Assembly: GCA_035193785.1 (NCBI GenBank)
Contig: CP136572.1
Coordinates: 256,001-320,000, forward strand
Reading direction: 5' to 3'
Length of the DNA stretch: 64,000 nucleotides
Source of the DNA: Planktothrix sp. GU0601_MAG3
GTDB lineage: Bacteria; Cyanobacteriota; Cyanobacteriia; Cyanobacteriales; Microcoleaceae
How positions within the stretch are numbered: position 1 is the first letter of the stretch; each line of letters begins with the position of its first letter. Both the position numbers and the translations under genes were made by a program. Positions 10,756 to 27,213 of the stretch are shown one piece after another. The notes beneath the pieces are model-generated. The model saw nothing but the letters and a program-made list of their open reading frames with translations. It made no database searches and was not told the origin of the DNA.

Positions 10756-12610
10756 TTACCAGTGGGGGTTATCTTGCAATAACGCTTTAGCCGCACCCGC
10801 ATCTAAAGGACGGGCGAAGAAATAACCCTGTCCTTCCTCACAGCCTAAATTTTTCAGCAGGGACAACTGTTTCTGCGGTTTCTACCCCTTCGGCGGTAAC
10901 GGTCATATTTAGATGATGGCCGAGGGTAATAATAGCTTGAATAATTTCCAAATTTTGACGAGTTTCACTAATTCGTTGAATAAAAGATCGATCAATTTTT
11001 AAATTATGTAAGGGAAATCGATGTAAATAACTTAGGGATGAATACCCCGTGCCAAAATCATCAATACTTAACTGAATATCTCGGTCTCTGAGTTGTTGTA
11101 AAAGTTCGGCGCCTGATTCGGGATGTTCCATGATGGCACTTTCGGTAATTTCCAATTTCAAATAACTGCTATTTAACTGGGTTTGCAAAATAATTTTATC
11201 AATATTTTGGATTAAATTAAGTTGAGAAAACTGTTTCACAGATAAATTAACACTCATTTTAATTTTATGTTTAGATAAACCCTGATCTTGCCAGGTTTTC
11301 AACTGCTGACAGGCTTCTTTTAAAACCCATAAACCGATGGGAACAATTAATCCAGTTTCTTCGGCTGCGGGAATAAAATCTCCGGGGGATATTAGACCTT
11401 TTTTACCATGATGCCACCTTAATAATGCTTCAAATCCGTTAATTCTTCCCGTGGCTAAGGAGATAATTGGTTGATAATATAAGATAAATTCTTGACGGTG
11501 TAATGCCAATCTTAAATCTGTTTCTAATTCCAAACGTTGTTGGGCATGAAGGTGCATTTGGGTATCAAAAATTTGATATCGAGCCTTTCCTTTGGCTTTG
11601 GCTTGATACATGGCAATATCCGCATCTCTTAGAAGATGTTCCGGTTCTTGATAGGTTTTATTCCCCACCACAATCCCAATACTGGCATTAATAAATAATT
11701 CCTGTTCCTCAAATTGAAACGGCCAACTCATGGAGGTTTGGATTTTTTGAGCTAAACGACTAGCATCATCAATATCTTGAATATTTTCTAATAAAATAGT
11801 AAACTCATCCCCCCCAAACCTAGCTAACATATCCGTAGAGGATAAATGGGTTTTCAGGCGGCGGGCGATCGCAATTAATAGCCGATCTCCGGCAAAATGT
11901 CCCAGGGAATCATTCACCACTTTAAACCGATCGCAATCCAAAAATAAAACTCCAAATTGATAATTAGGTTCCCGTTGGGTGCGTTGTAATGCCTGGATCA
12001 GTCGATTCATAAACAGAAACCCGATTGGGCAAATTGGTGAGGGCATCATGGGATGCAATATGTAGTAATCGGGTTTGGGTTTTCTGATGTTCTGTAATTT
12101 CTTTTTCTAGCTTGTAATTCAAGCCTTTTAATTGGGCATTGACAATTTCTAATTCTACCGTCCGAGATTGGACTCGCTGTTCTAATTTCTCATTCAGTTG
12201 TCGAACTTCAGCCCGGGCAAATTGTAAGGCTATTTGATTCTCAATCCGCGCTACTACTTCTTCAAATTGAAAGGGTTTAGTAATATAATCCACCCCGCCC
12301 ACTTGAAAGGCTTTGACTTTATCAATCACTTCATTCAAAGCACTTAAAAAAATCACCGGGATATCACGGGTTTGTTCATTTGCCTTCAGGAATTGACACA
12401 CGGCATAACCGTCCATATCGGTCATTTTGATATCTAATAAAATCAAATCCGGTGGCAGAGTTTGTACGGCCATAATTGCCATTTGTCCATTCATTACCCC
12501 CCGAACTTTATATCCCATTTGGATTAAAGTATTCGATAACAGACGTAGATTTTCTAGGGTGTCATCTACAATTAAAATATCGGCTTTAAAAGATCGATTG
12601 AAAGAATGAT

Positions 12611-12614
<4 letters not shown>
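10756..12614 (-). CDS. REC-GGDEF-EAL c-di-GMP signalling protein; two frameshifts
   Basis: REC (ILIVDD, LLDIKM), HDALTNLPNR, FGGDEF, FEAL, DDFGTGYSSL; true C-terminus ...GCEEGQGYFFARP...HW* ends at 10756. Confidence 0.9.
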
Positions 12615-15371
<2,757 letters not shown>

Positions 15372-15632
15372 TCATAAATCAAACTTTTTTTGTGAATTGC
15401 GATCGCGGTCAAATTGAATCAATAATATTTTATAGCGCTATGGGCTAGGCAACACTAAAACACCGGAATAGTAGATTACAAGGTTTAGTATTCTCCCAAC
15501 CTGAATGGTTAGCACTATAACCTATTGACAAGGAGGTAGTAGACAGTTTCTCAAACTGTCCATGATGGTTGAGGGGTTTTGTGGCTCACAAGTAAAATAG
15601 GATTAACAATAACCCCCAAGGCGGTAACTATT

Positions 15633-15917
15633 ATGAGCAACAAACAAATGTTGGCACAAAAAGATACTTCAGCTTGGATTCTTCAAGTTTGGCTATCTTT
15701 TATTCTGGCTGTATCTACAACTGCTGTTGGAATTGCTTACCTTCCTGTTGATATTTGGGTGAAGGGATTTATGGGTATGGGTTTAACTTTTTCGGTGGGG
15801 TCTTCCTTTACTTTAGCTAAAACTGTTCGAGATAATTATGAAGCGGACAAATTATTATCTAAAGTTGATCAAGCTAAGTTAGAAAAGTTATTAGCTGAAT
15901 ATAACCCGATGAAGTGA
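15633..15917 (+). CDS. YiaA/YiaB-family inner membrane protein
   Basis: Two TM helices; GIAYLPVDIWVKGF and LAKTVRD motifs. Confidence 0.8.
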   Translation: MSNKQMLAQKDTSAWILQVWLSFILAVSTTAVGIAYLPVDIWVKGFMGMGLTFSVGSSFTLAKTVRDNYEADKLLSKVDQAKLEKLLAEYNPMK

Positions 15918-15988
15918 TTTAGGAGGTTAATTAACCATTACAATATAATAGATTAAAAGTCGTCAGGCGCGACTTTTGACCCATTTTT

Positions 15989-16450
15989 GTAGGGGCGGGT
16001 TCGCCTTAATCCCAATGCACCCAACCCCAACCTTGATAAACCCGCCCCACCCACTATTCAAACTCCTTTTTTTGACTTATAGGTTTTAAATAAAGGGTTA
16101 AGAAAAAATTTAGAGTGATTTGATTCTTTTATTTTTTGGAAACTCATCCAAAATACTCAAAACTGGTAGAGGATATTCTTGATGAAAGATGGTCTGATTT
16201 AGTAGAGTGTGGACAAGAAAATGATCGTAATGCGATTATGGAGGTTATAGAAGAAGTGATCCAATACTTAACTGACATGATAAAGGAAATGAGGGCGAGT
16301 GGAGTTGATAGAATCAATAATGTTTAACAAAATAACAGTTGAATAATCTGCAATATCAATTTTTCTTATATTTGCTTGTCAGTCAGGCTTGGGACGGGTT
16401 TAGTAATATTGGGGTGAAGTGACAAAGCTCTGGGAGAACCCGCCCCTACA
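15989..16450. repeat. Inverted pair of GTAGGGGCGGGTT...AACCCGCCCC REP-like palindromes
   Basis: Units at 15989-16048 and 16391-16450 in opposite orientation; same family at ~17775-17834, 38809-38868, ~48077 and 56019-56079. Confidence 0.75.
16136..16327 (+). pseudogene. Gene fragment, possibly the C-terminal end of an AHH/HNH-type nuclease
   Basis: THPKYSKLVEDIL resembles the H-P-x-Y...V...L end of AHH domains; weak TTG start, no upstream domain. Confidence 0.25.
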
Positions 16451-16614
16451 ATTTTTTAAAAATTCGTAAAAATATGATGAGATGATGCCGATAGATTTAC
16501 TGTTTGAATTTATTATATCAAAGATTAAAATAGGCAAAAGAAGAATATTCTCCTTTTGCCCAATACCAATTAAATGAATATAAAAAAAGGCAGTTTTAGC
16601 CCGCCAGAAATCAG

Positions 16615-17074
16615 TTATTCGGTTAAAGAATTATCTTGTTTCCGTTTTTGTTTCTGACGTTTCCGGTTAGCCAAACCCGCTTCCACAGGGAAACCAACCA
16701 CAGGAATTACCTGATCTTGACGTTCTGCTTCCAAACGTTTCAGTTCAGCATAATTAACCCAATTAATACAATTAACCGGACAAGTATCAATGGCTTCCTG
16801 TATTAACGTGGATGTATCGCCATCCTGTCTAAATACCCGCGCTCGACCATAATCTTCCTGAATAAAAAAAGTATTACGAGCGACGTGGGAACAGTGTTTA
16901 CACCCAATACAGGTGAGTTCATCCACATAAACCCCTTTTTGCTGCAATGCACCGCCGAGTTTCCGGTTCTAGTCCAGAACGTTCCGGTGCACTTCGCAAA
17001 AATCCGCCCAATTCCGGTTCTAGTCCAGAACGCTCGGAAACGGGATCACTTAGCGATACAGACCCATCAGACAT
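16615..17074 (-). CDS. Ferredoxin (Ycf35-associated); frameshift near 16950
   Basis: CIGCKHC and CPVNC motifs; N-terminal duplicated ERSGLEPELGG; start ATG overlaps the ycf35 stop. Confidence 0.85.
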
Positions 17075-17460
17075 TAGGCACTCCAACGTTGTAAAACTAA
17101 GCGGATGGAACCATCTTGATGATTTTGTTGTTCAGCAACTTGAAACCCTTGTTTGGTGGTTTCATTCACAACGGTGTGGTAAGCATAGCGTTGAGTGATT
17201 TTACTCAAAAACCGATCAACGGGAACTGCTTGTTGCCAAAATTGTAAATCAGCAACAAACTCATATTCTTGGCCATTCCAAGTAAAGCCCAGGTCATAAC
17301 CATTGTCTTGTTCAATCACCACTTGAGCGGGACGGGTTTGACCTTGATAACCGCGCACCTCTTTGGGGCCAGCTTTCCAGTCAATGCCCAGATCACTTAA
17401 AGCAGTTTCTAATGAGGTCAGATTCCGAATTTGGGTTTTGATTTGGCTAAAGTGTGACAT
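17074..17460 (-). CDS. ycf35: DUF1257 / Ycf35 protein
   Basis: MSHFSQIKTQI, VRGYQGQ, ADLQFW, QRYAY. Confidence 0.9.
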   Translation of the reverse strand: MSHFSQIKTQIRNLTSLETALSDLGIDWKAGPKEVRGYQGQTRPAQVVIEQDNGYDLGFTWNGQEYEFVADLQFWQQAVPVDRFLSKITQRYAYHTVVNETTKQGFQVAEQQNHQDGSIRLVLQRWSA

Positions 17461-17506
17461 AGTTAGCTATTTTTAACGAGATTTTCAGTTAACTCAAAAA
17501 CAGAAT

Positions 17507-17716
17507 TTACCAATGGCTCGAACCGACTTGGGTTGTCGCGGTCTCGGACTGTTGTTGGGTACGGGCGTAATATTCAGAAGTGGTCTCCTGAGTTAGTACG
17601 ATACCCAATTCGGCCTCGATAGCCGCGGTTACTTCCGCACAGGAAGACCCAACAATGCCAGTAACCTTTTCCTGCACTCGGCCATCTGGATAGATGATGA
17701 ATTCTAAGGTTTCCAT
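17507..17716 (-). CDS. DUF2997 protein
   Basis: IYPDGRVQEKVTGIVGSSC; usual partner of DUF1257. Confidence 0.85.
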   Translation of the reverse strand: METLEFIIYPDGRVQEKVTGIVGSSCAEVTAAIEAELGIVLTQETTSEYYARTQQQSETATTQVGSSHW

Positions 17717-18205
17717 AATGCTAGGGCTAGGGGAATGGCGGGGAAATACACCGACGGTTGACTATCAACTTGTACGGGCAGGGTTTTTGGGGTCTTTGTG
17801 AATTAATCACAATCGCCGATGAACCCACCCCTACGACTGTTGACTAACTGATGATCCTTTTGTTGATCAGGCGTTTGACTCTAAAAGTCCGTACATCAAT
17901 TTTGACGAATGGAGTAAAAAAGAGTCACAACTTAACAAAAGTTATTAATACTTGAGGCAGTAGATCGATTATATGTTAACTTTGTTTTAAATTTATGATC
18001 TCGGTCTTAAGAAAATCCTCAGAAACCTCTATAATCTGGGGAGGACTACTGATGAGCTTTTTTTCTATAGCAACCCGCTCCGAGGTTGTAAAATTTTTTG
18101 GGTTGGGTTTGGTCTCCAAACCCCTACGGTTCTGAAAACAACTCAATTAGGATTGTTCTATAATCTTTGGTGATTGCCACCGCACCGTTATTACCCCCAA
18201 CCTTT

Positions 18206-20537
18206 ATGCAGCTTGCTCCCAAACCTCTAACCAACGAAACCTTAACCCCACCCCCAACCGAAACGATTATTTTAGATGTGTCCCAGATGCAGTGTGCGGG
18301 CTGTGTGAAAGCGGTGGAAACGTCAACTACTCCAACAGTCGGGGGTGATTTCTGTTTCTGTGAATTTAGCGACGGAAGTAGCAAGGGTTGAATGTGTGGC
18401 GAACCAACTCAACCCAGAAAATCTGGCTGAAATTTTAACTAATACCGGGTTTCCTACCCAACTCCGTAATTTAACGTCTTCGGCGACGGACAAATTAAAG
18501 GCGCTACAAGACCGACATCGCCAGGACATGGGAAAACAAATTCAACGTATTGTTACCTGTGGTCTGTTGTTATTATTATCCAGTATTGGACATTTACATC
18601 ATCTTGGCTTTCCCCATATTCATCTATTAAGTAATATTTGGTTTCATTGGGGACTCGCCACCATTGCCTTATTATTTCCCGCCCGTTCTATTATTATTGA
18701 TGGCGGACGCAGTTTATTAAACAATTCCCCCAATATGAATACCTTGGTGGGACTGGGAACTGTTACGGCCTATTTAACCAGTTTTGTTGCCTTATTATTT
18801 CCCCAATTGGGTTGGGAATGTTTCTTTGATGAACCTGTAATGTTATTGGGGTTTATTTTATTAGGAAAAACCCTAGAACAGCACGCTCGACAACGAGCCG
18901 CCACCGCCTTTCAATCTTTAATTGCTTTACAACCAACTACGGCCCGTTTAGTTGCACCTAAATCTCAACATGAGGGGATTTTAAATGGTGTAGAAATTCC
19001 CGCCGAACAAGTGAAAGTGGGGGAATGGTTACAAGTATTACCCGGGGAAAAAATACCCGTTGATGGCGAAATTAGGTTCGGGACAACTACCGTTGATGAA
19101 TCGATGTTAACGGGGGAATCCATGCCGATTTTAAAACAAATTGGTGATGATATTTCGGCAGGAACTATGAATCAAACGGGGGTGATTTTAATTGAAGCCA
19201 CCCGCACGGGTTCCGATACTATTTTAGCCCAAATTGTACAATTAGTTGAAACTGCCCAAACTCGCAAAGCCCCGATTCAGAAATTAGCGGATATTGTAGC
19301 AGGATATTTTACCTATTTGGTGATGAGTTTAGCGGGTTTAACCTTTCTATTTTGGTACGGGTTAGGAACTCGCATCTGGCCGGATGTCATCCCCTTAGCC
19401 GGAATAGAAATAGCCACCAATGCTCCTTTATTATTAAGTTTGAAATTAGCCATTGCCGTATTAGTAATTGCCTGTCCCTGTGCCTTGGGATTAGCCACAC
19501 CCACGGCTATTTTAGTCGGTTCGGGCATGGGTGCAGAACGGGGATTATTAATCAAAGGCGGGGATATTTTAGAACGGGTACATCAACTGAATACCGTTGT
19601 TTTTGATAAGACGGGAACCTTAACCACCGGTTCTCCCAGAGTTACAGATTGTATGACTATTTCTGAGTTATCACCACAACAAATAGTACAATTAGCGGCA
19701 ACAGTAGAACAGGGTTCAAATCATCCTATTTCTGAAGCAATTTTAAGGGAAGCAAAAGACCAGGACTTATCGTTATTAATCGGATCAAATTTTCAAACCG
19801 AACCGGGTTTAGGGGTTTCGGCTATGATAGATAATCAAACTATATTTGTCGGCAATTTGGCTGGATTAATTGAACATAAAATTAACTGTCCTGAAACCTT
19901 ACCAGAATTTTTAGGAAAAACCCTAGTTTATGTTACAATAGATGGTAAAGTTGTCGGGTTGATGGCAATGAGTGACCCCCTGAAAAGTGATTCTAAATCA
20001 ACGGTTGCACAGTTACAGAAAATGGGGTTACGGGTAATTTTATTAACGGGCGATCGCCCATCCGTTGCCGAAGCGATCGCATTTGAGTTAAACTTAAACT
20101 CAGAGGATATATTTGCCGAAGTTCGACCGGAAGGGAAAGTTAATCTAATTCAAAGCCTACAACAACAGAATCAAGTTGTCGCCATGGTGGGAGATGGGAT
20201 TAACGATGCACCTGCTTTAGCCCAAGCTGATATTGGCATAGGGTTACAAACCGGGACGGATGTGGCGAATGAAACCGCAGATATTGTGTTAATGCGAAAT
20301 TCCTTAATTGATATTGTTGATTCTATCCAATTAAGTCGCGCCACCTTCAATAAAATTCGTCAAAATCTATTCTGGGCATTTGGTTATAATCTATTAGCAA
20401 TTCCCCTGGCGGCTGGATTATTATTCCCCCAATTTGGCATATTATTAAGTCCTTCCACCGCCGGGGCTTTAATGGCATTAAGCTCCGTTACTGTTGTTAC
20501 CAATTCCTTATTATTACGTCGTCAAGTTAAACGTTAG
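18206..20537 (+). CDS. ctaA: Cu(+)-type P1B ATPase (CtaA-like); frameshift near 18320
   Basis: HMA MQCAGC, TGES, CPCALGLATP, DKTGTLT, GDGINDAP, YN...MALSS. Confidence 0.85.
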
Positions 20538-20547
20538 GAAATCCGCG

Positions 20548-21465
20548 TTATTCTTCACTATCCTCCGCTTCTCCTTGTTCAATTTCTACTTCTTCTAGGG
20601 ATTGTCCATGTCTACTTAGTAAACGCCAAAGATCGTCATAGAAAAAGTAATCAATTGTTTGAATATGTTGTGAGAGCAAAGAGTCGCTAACCATATTGGG
20701 TCGAATATCACAATAATATACACCATCTAATGGGTTTAGCCTAATAGTGTAAGCTTTGAAATGTCCTGACAGAAAAGTTGAATTAATACCATATTTGTTT
20801 AATTGCTTTGTCTTCTTCCTTTGCACATCATTCAGAAAGATAGCAATGTGAGGTAGATTAGTAGCAGTTAACTTGTTGTACAGAAACTTATCTACAAAAA
20901 TTTTGTCGATCCGATCTTTACTTGAAGTTTTCACTGAACCAATAATTTTAAGCTCATCTTGTTCACTAATTAGTAAATCATGTTGATAACTCATATTAAA
21001 TAGGAATTCGCCGTTATCATCCTTAATTGGAACTTGTGCTGTTCCAGCAACACAGTCTATATTTAACTCCGAAATGATAAGGCGAATCAAACGCTCAAAA
21101 AGATCTCCATTTACCTTGCGGGATTGATTAGATTTTCCTGAAGCTAAAACTTGCCTTAACCGATTATCAGGCAACTCTCTATCTCTTTCTTTTAACTGTG
21201 TAAGAACTTGTAAAAATTGTACAGAAGCATCCTCAAAAATAGCTTGTTCATACATTAATAAGGTGTTAACGGGGCGTGTAATATTGTAGAAACCATCTTT
21301 CTGATACTGATAGAATTGGTAGTGATTTTCGTTCTGTGAAACTATTCTGGCTTGTAAACCTGTCTCAATAAACTGCAAATATCTTTTGCAGAAGTTGATA
21401 TAATCTTGAAGAGTTTGAAAACGTTTTTTATCAGTTGCATGATTAACTAAACTCGTTAAGCTCAT
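20548..21465 (-). CDS. Putative Type II restriction endonuclease
   Basis: Overlaps the MTase stop; GDLFE...HD...SVKTSSKDR PD-(D/E)xK-like motif; low GC. Confidence 0.7.
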   Translation of the reverse strand: MSLTSLVNHATDKKRFQTLQDYINFCKRYLQFIETGLQARIVSQNENHYQFYQYQKDGFYNITRPVNTLLMYEQAIFEDASVQFLQVLTQLKERDRELPDNRLRQVLASGKSNQSRKVNGDLFERLIRLIISELNIDCVAGTAQVPIKDDNGEFLFNMSYQHDLLISEQDELKIIGSVKTSSKDRIDKIFVDKFLYNKLTATNLPHIAIFLNDVQRKKTKQLNKYGINSTFLSGHFKAYTIRLNPLDGVYYCDIRPNMVSDSLLSQHIQTIDYFFYDDLWRLLSRHGQSLEEVEIEQGEAEDSEE

Positions 21466-22399
21466 CGTATAGACTCTCTCCTTTCGGCATTTTTACGATC
21501 AAAAGCAATCCATTCATCTTTTGTCATCCGGCGAACATTTTCTATACGTTCAAATGCCCAATCATTGTATTCCATATTCAGATCACAGCCCATCCACCGC
21601 CGATTTAGTTGTTCTGCGACCACGAGCGTTGTTCCTGACCCTGAAAATGGATCGATAACTAAATCCCCTTCATCAGAGGACGCAAGAACAAACTTTCTTA
21701 ATAGCTCTTCAGGTTTTTGTGTAGGGTGAGGTGTTGTCTCACCCATGCCATTACAAGTAGTAGGAATCTCTATTACATCTTTAGGTTTCGCACCTTTCGG
21801 ATTAGGTGTCCAATTATCACGCTTCTTCGTTGCCCCTTTTCCGTAAGCACTCGTTTCTGCTTGTGGGTGGGACGGATATTTTAACGTATGTGCGCCATAA
21901 GGAATTCGTACATCGTCCATGTTCAGTTTAACTTGATTAGATTTACGAAAATGAATAATACTTTCATGGGAACGTCCCCAATCATTACCTAAATTTGCTT
22001 TATTCTTGTAATGCCAAATTAACCAACGACAACTCTTGAAATACTTTGATGCTGGATGCTTTAGATCGGCTAAGATTTCAGAAAAACCACAAATGTAGAG
22101 AGAAAACCCGTTGATTTCAAAATACGCGAAGTTTCACTGATCCATTGAAGCGACCATTCAATGTACTGCTCTTGATTCTCGAAACTATCCCACTCAGCTT
22201 TTTTAATGTTGTAGGGCGGATCAGCAAAAACTAGGTCAATGCTCTCAGAATCAAGGGATTTGAGCCAATCAATTGAATCACCTTGATAAAGTTGCCCATG
22301 AGGGTGTGAATATTGCAGTTGAAATGCTTTAGTTAAAGGTTTTGATGATTGCTTCCTAATTGGCTGTGTTTCAACAAATTCTAGGGAAGGTTGCGTCAT
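21462..22399 (-). CDS. Beta-class N6-A/N4-C DNA methyltransferase; frameshift near 22100
   Basis: DLVFADPPY precedes HPTQKP and DPFSGSGTT. Confidence 0.9.
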
Positions 22400-22579
22400 A
22401 CTTATTGACTGATCAGAACTGACCAATGTTAATTATTCCTCGCTATTGTGTTAACAAATAGAAAACAATTATACTAAACTTTTATACTGATGAACAACAG
22501 AATAACTTACACTGCCTAAAAAGGAAACAATCAGAAACCCGGTTTCTCATAGCAACCGGGTTTCTAACTCATTTTTCGA

Positions 22580-24060
<1,481 letters not shown>

Positions 24061-24203
24061 TATTAATAGAATATATTATCACAATTTTTGTTAATTGGGG
24101 AGAAATTAATCAAATCTTTGGGAATATCGGGAAAATTTGGGTGTAATTATACTTATCGAATCAAATGCTAATATAATGATTATTCTATCGCCTGTTAATC
24201 ACA

Positions 24204-24518
24204 ATGACCGTTGAAATCACTTATCCTCATATTGAAAAAAATCACGGACAACCCGCCCGTCTACAAAGAATTCCCCGCGTCCGTGTTGCCCAAATTGTTA
24301 TGGACTATCTGAGTTATGGATGGTCAGTTGAAGAAATGTGTCGTCAGCATCCCTATTTAAAATTATCAGAAGCTCATGCAGCGATGGGATATTATTTTGA
24401 TCATGTCGATGAAATTGATCAAGAAATTCGCGCTGAATGGGAACAATTTCAACAAGAAAAAGCGTTGATTTCTCCTTCTCCATTTTTTATCAAAATGAGA
24501 GCAAAAGGGGTATTATAA
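24204..24518 (+). CDS. DUF433 antitoxin-like protein
   Basis: G.P....RVRV..IV....G.S.EE....HP.L......A..YY pattern. Confidence 0.85.
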   Translation: MTVEITYPHIEKNHGQPARLQRIPRVRVAQIVMDYLSYGWSVEEMCRQHPYLKLSEAHAAMGYYFDHVDEIDQEIRAEWEQFQQEKALISPSPFFIKMRAKGVL

Positions 24519-24867
24519 GTGGCAATTAAGCTCTATATGGATGTTCATATTCCCCAAGCTATTACTGAACAACTTCGCCGTCGAAATATAGATGTACTAA
24601 CAGCTATTGAAGATGGTTGTGCCGAATTACCTGATTATCAACTTTTAGAAACGAACAAATCTTCTGGGACGGGTGCTTTTTACCCAAGATATCCGCTTTA
24701 AGGCAATGGCAGAAGATTGGCAACGTCAAGGCAAAACATTTACGGGATTAATATTCGGACATCAGCTTGGTGGTACAGTAGGTCAATTTGTTAAAGATTT
24801 AGAATTAATTGCCCTTGCTTCTAAATCTGAAGATTGGATAAATACGGTTGAGTATTTACCCTTTTAA
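24519..24867 (+). CDS. DUF5615 PIN-like toxin; frameshift near 24655
   Basis: LYMDVHIP...LRRRNIDV...D..LL...LFTQD..F; directly follows DUF433. Confidence 0.8.
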
Positions 24868-24902
24868 AAATTGGTTTGGTGCGTGCACGGAGCTTACGCA
24901 CC

Positions 24903-26414
24903 CTACTTAGAGTTTCTAATATTATCCATTGCATTTTTATACCCATCCTCATTACCTTGTTGTCGATGCAGTTGCGCCCCTGTTTCCCAGTCTTCCCTCG
25001 CTTTTCGTTTATCTCCAACCATATAGAAAGCAATACCCCGATTGACGTAAGCAGAAGCATAATTAGGATCAATTTTAAGAGCCTTATCGTAATCAGATAT
25101 CGCCCCTTGATAGTCTTTTAAATCAGAGCGAGCATTACCCCGATTGTAGTAAGCAGAAACATAATTAGGATCAATTTTAAGAGCCTTATCGTAATCAGAT
25201 ATCGCCCCTTGATTGTCTTTTAAATTACGACGAGCAACACCCCGATTGTTGTAAGCAATAGCATTATTAGGATCGATTTTAAGAGCCTTATCGTAATCAG
25301 ATATCGCCCCTTGATAGTCTTTTAAATTAGAGCGAACAACACCCCGATTGTAGTAAGCAATAGCATAATTAGAATCAATTTTAAGAGCTTTATCGTAATC
25401 GGATATCGCCCCTTGATAGTCTTTTAAATAATAGCGAGCAGTACCCGATAAATATAGGCATTTGCGTTATCAGAATTAACGTTGATAACCTTAGTAAAAT
25501 CATCAAGAGCAGCGCGATAATTGCCTTGACTAAAATTAGCAGCACCTCTAGCATAGTAATCATCAGCCGTGCTAGGATTATTCAGGTTAGCAACTCGACT
25601 CTTGGCGGTATTATTAACCGTAACCGTTGTATTTCCTTGACGGATTTGGGGTTTGAGGGCGATAAAAGTATTAATCGGAATCGCATAATTAATCCCCGTT
25701 TTGACGGAAATAAATTGTCCAGTAGGTTGATCATTACTATCATAAATCGGACGCGGTTCTATCCCCCCCTGTCCATGAATTCCAATCACTCGCCCTTCAC
25801 TATCAAATACAGGGCCACCACTCATCCCAGCCCAGGTCAAGGCGCTATAATTGATGGTGTAGCCGCCGGGTTTGCGTTGGGGTAAATTGGTAATTGCCCC
25901 TTGGGTAAATTGGGGTTCTCGTTCCACTCCGAAACGTCCACCTAACCCGGGAAATCCATAAACCCAGATAAATGTTCCCTGGATAAGTTGATTAGAGTCT
26001 CCTAAAATAGCGGCGGAATAGTTATCAGAAGTGGTAAAGGTTAGAATTGCTAAATCCGGGCTATTGTCGTTAGTTTGGAATGGTTGGACAAAGTTAGCGG
26101 TATAGGTTTTGCGTTGAGAGGTGGTAATATTATAGGATCGGTTAGTATTGCAATTGTTAACAAAAGTTTTGGGTTCACAAACGACATGATGATTGGTTAA
26201 AACCGTGTAGGTATTGCCATCTTTAGCAATAATTACCCCAGTTTCCGCCACCGTTATCACTATTAATTTGAACGGTAACGGGAACAGCGATTTTGTAAAC
26301 TTCATCGCCAGTTTTAGCATAAACCGCCACGCTTTGACTAATAACAATAGCCGCAACGGTAGCGCTTCCGGTTAATAGATGGGCGAGTGAATCAAAACCC
26401 CTGGTCAGTGCCAT
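24903..26414 (-). CDS. Trypsin-like serine protease with C-terminal TPR repeats; frameshifts near 26245 and 25440
   Basis: LTNHHV, DLAIL, GMSGGP catalytic triad motifs; TPR array. Confidence 0.85.
25035..25445. repeat. About four near-identical 102-bp tandem repeats encoding TPRs
   Basis: ttttaagagccttatcgtaatcagatatcgccccttgat recurs every 102 bp. Confidence 0.9.
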
Positions 26415-26528
26415 AATTGTTAATCCGTGATGGTCGAATCCTTTATTAAGGATCATTCTAACTCAACCGTTCAAGAATTGCATCAGTATTTTCACTGAAT
26501 AGGAATGTTCTTAATATTTCCCCTAACC

Positions 26529-27105
26529 CTACGGGTGATTGAATTCTAAAACATCTTCATAAATTTCTGATACCTGACAACTAAAATTAATACTTTCTAA
26601 TTGTATCTGTTGATTTTGTTGATAGGTAAATAATACCCAACGCCCCTCTTGATTTTGTCTAAAACATTCAACGTTAATTTGATTTTGACTAATTAACACA
26701 TATTCTTGTAACGTTTCAATCTGTCGATAGTCGGCAAATTTATCCCCCCGATTAAATGCTTCGGTTGAGGGAGATAATACCTCAATAATTAAACTAGGAT
26801 ATTGTTTAAAATAACCATTATTTTGGTCGCGGGAGTCGCAAGTTACCATAACATCAGGATAATAATAAGTATCGGCGGTTTTAATATGAACTTTCATATT
26901 ACCGATATAAGCTCGACATCCTGTTTCCCCGAACTTTATTTTTAATTAAAGCAAATAAGTTTCCTGCTATAGTTTCATGGGCATCACTTCCCCCAACCAT
27001 TGCATAGACTTCTCCCCGAATATATTCATGGCGAATAGGGCTAATTTTTTCGCCTTCGAGATAATCTTGATGAGAAATTTTATAATCAGAAGGATTGACA
27101 ATCAT
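26529..27105 (-). CDS. Uma2 (DUF820) endonuclease-like protein; frameshift near 26910
   Basis: RHEYIRGEVYAM, YYPDVMV, IIEVLSPST, EYVLISQ. Confidence 0.9.
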
Positions 27106-27213
27106 AATTAAAATCCCAGCAAACAGAACTCCATTATAACTCAATACTAATTAATTGATTAATATTACCTTGTTATGGCTTTATTAATGTTCTTTAGTCG
27201 ATATTAAAATAAG

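Noticed and set aside
25035..25445. 102-bp periodic repeats as a CRISPR array
   Set aside because: The whole unit repeats and encodes 34-aa TPRs.
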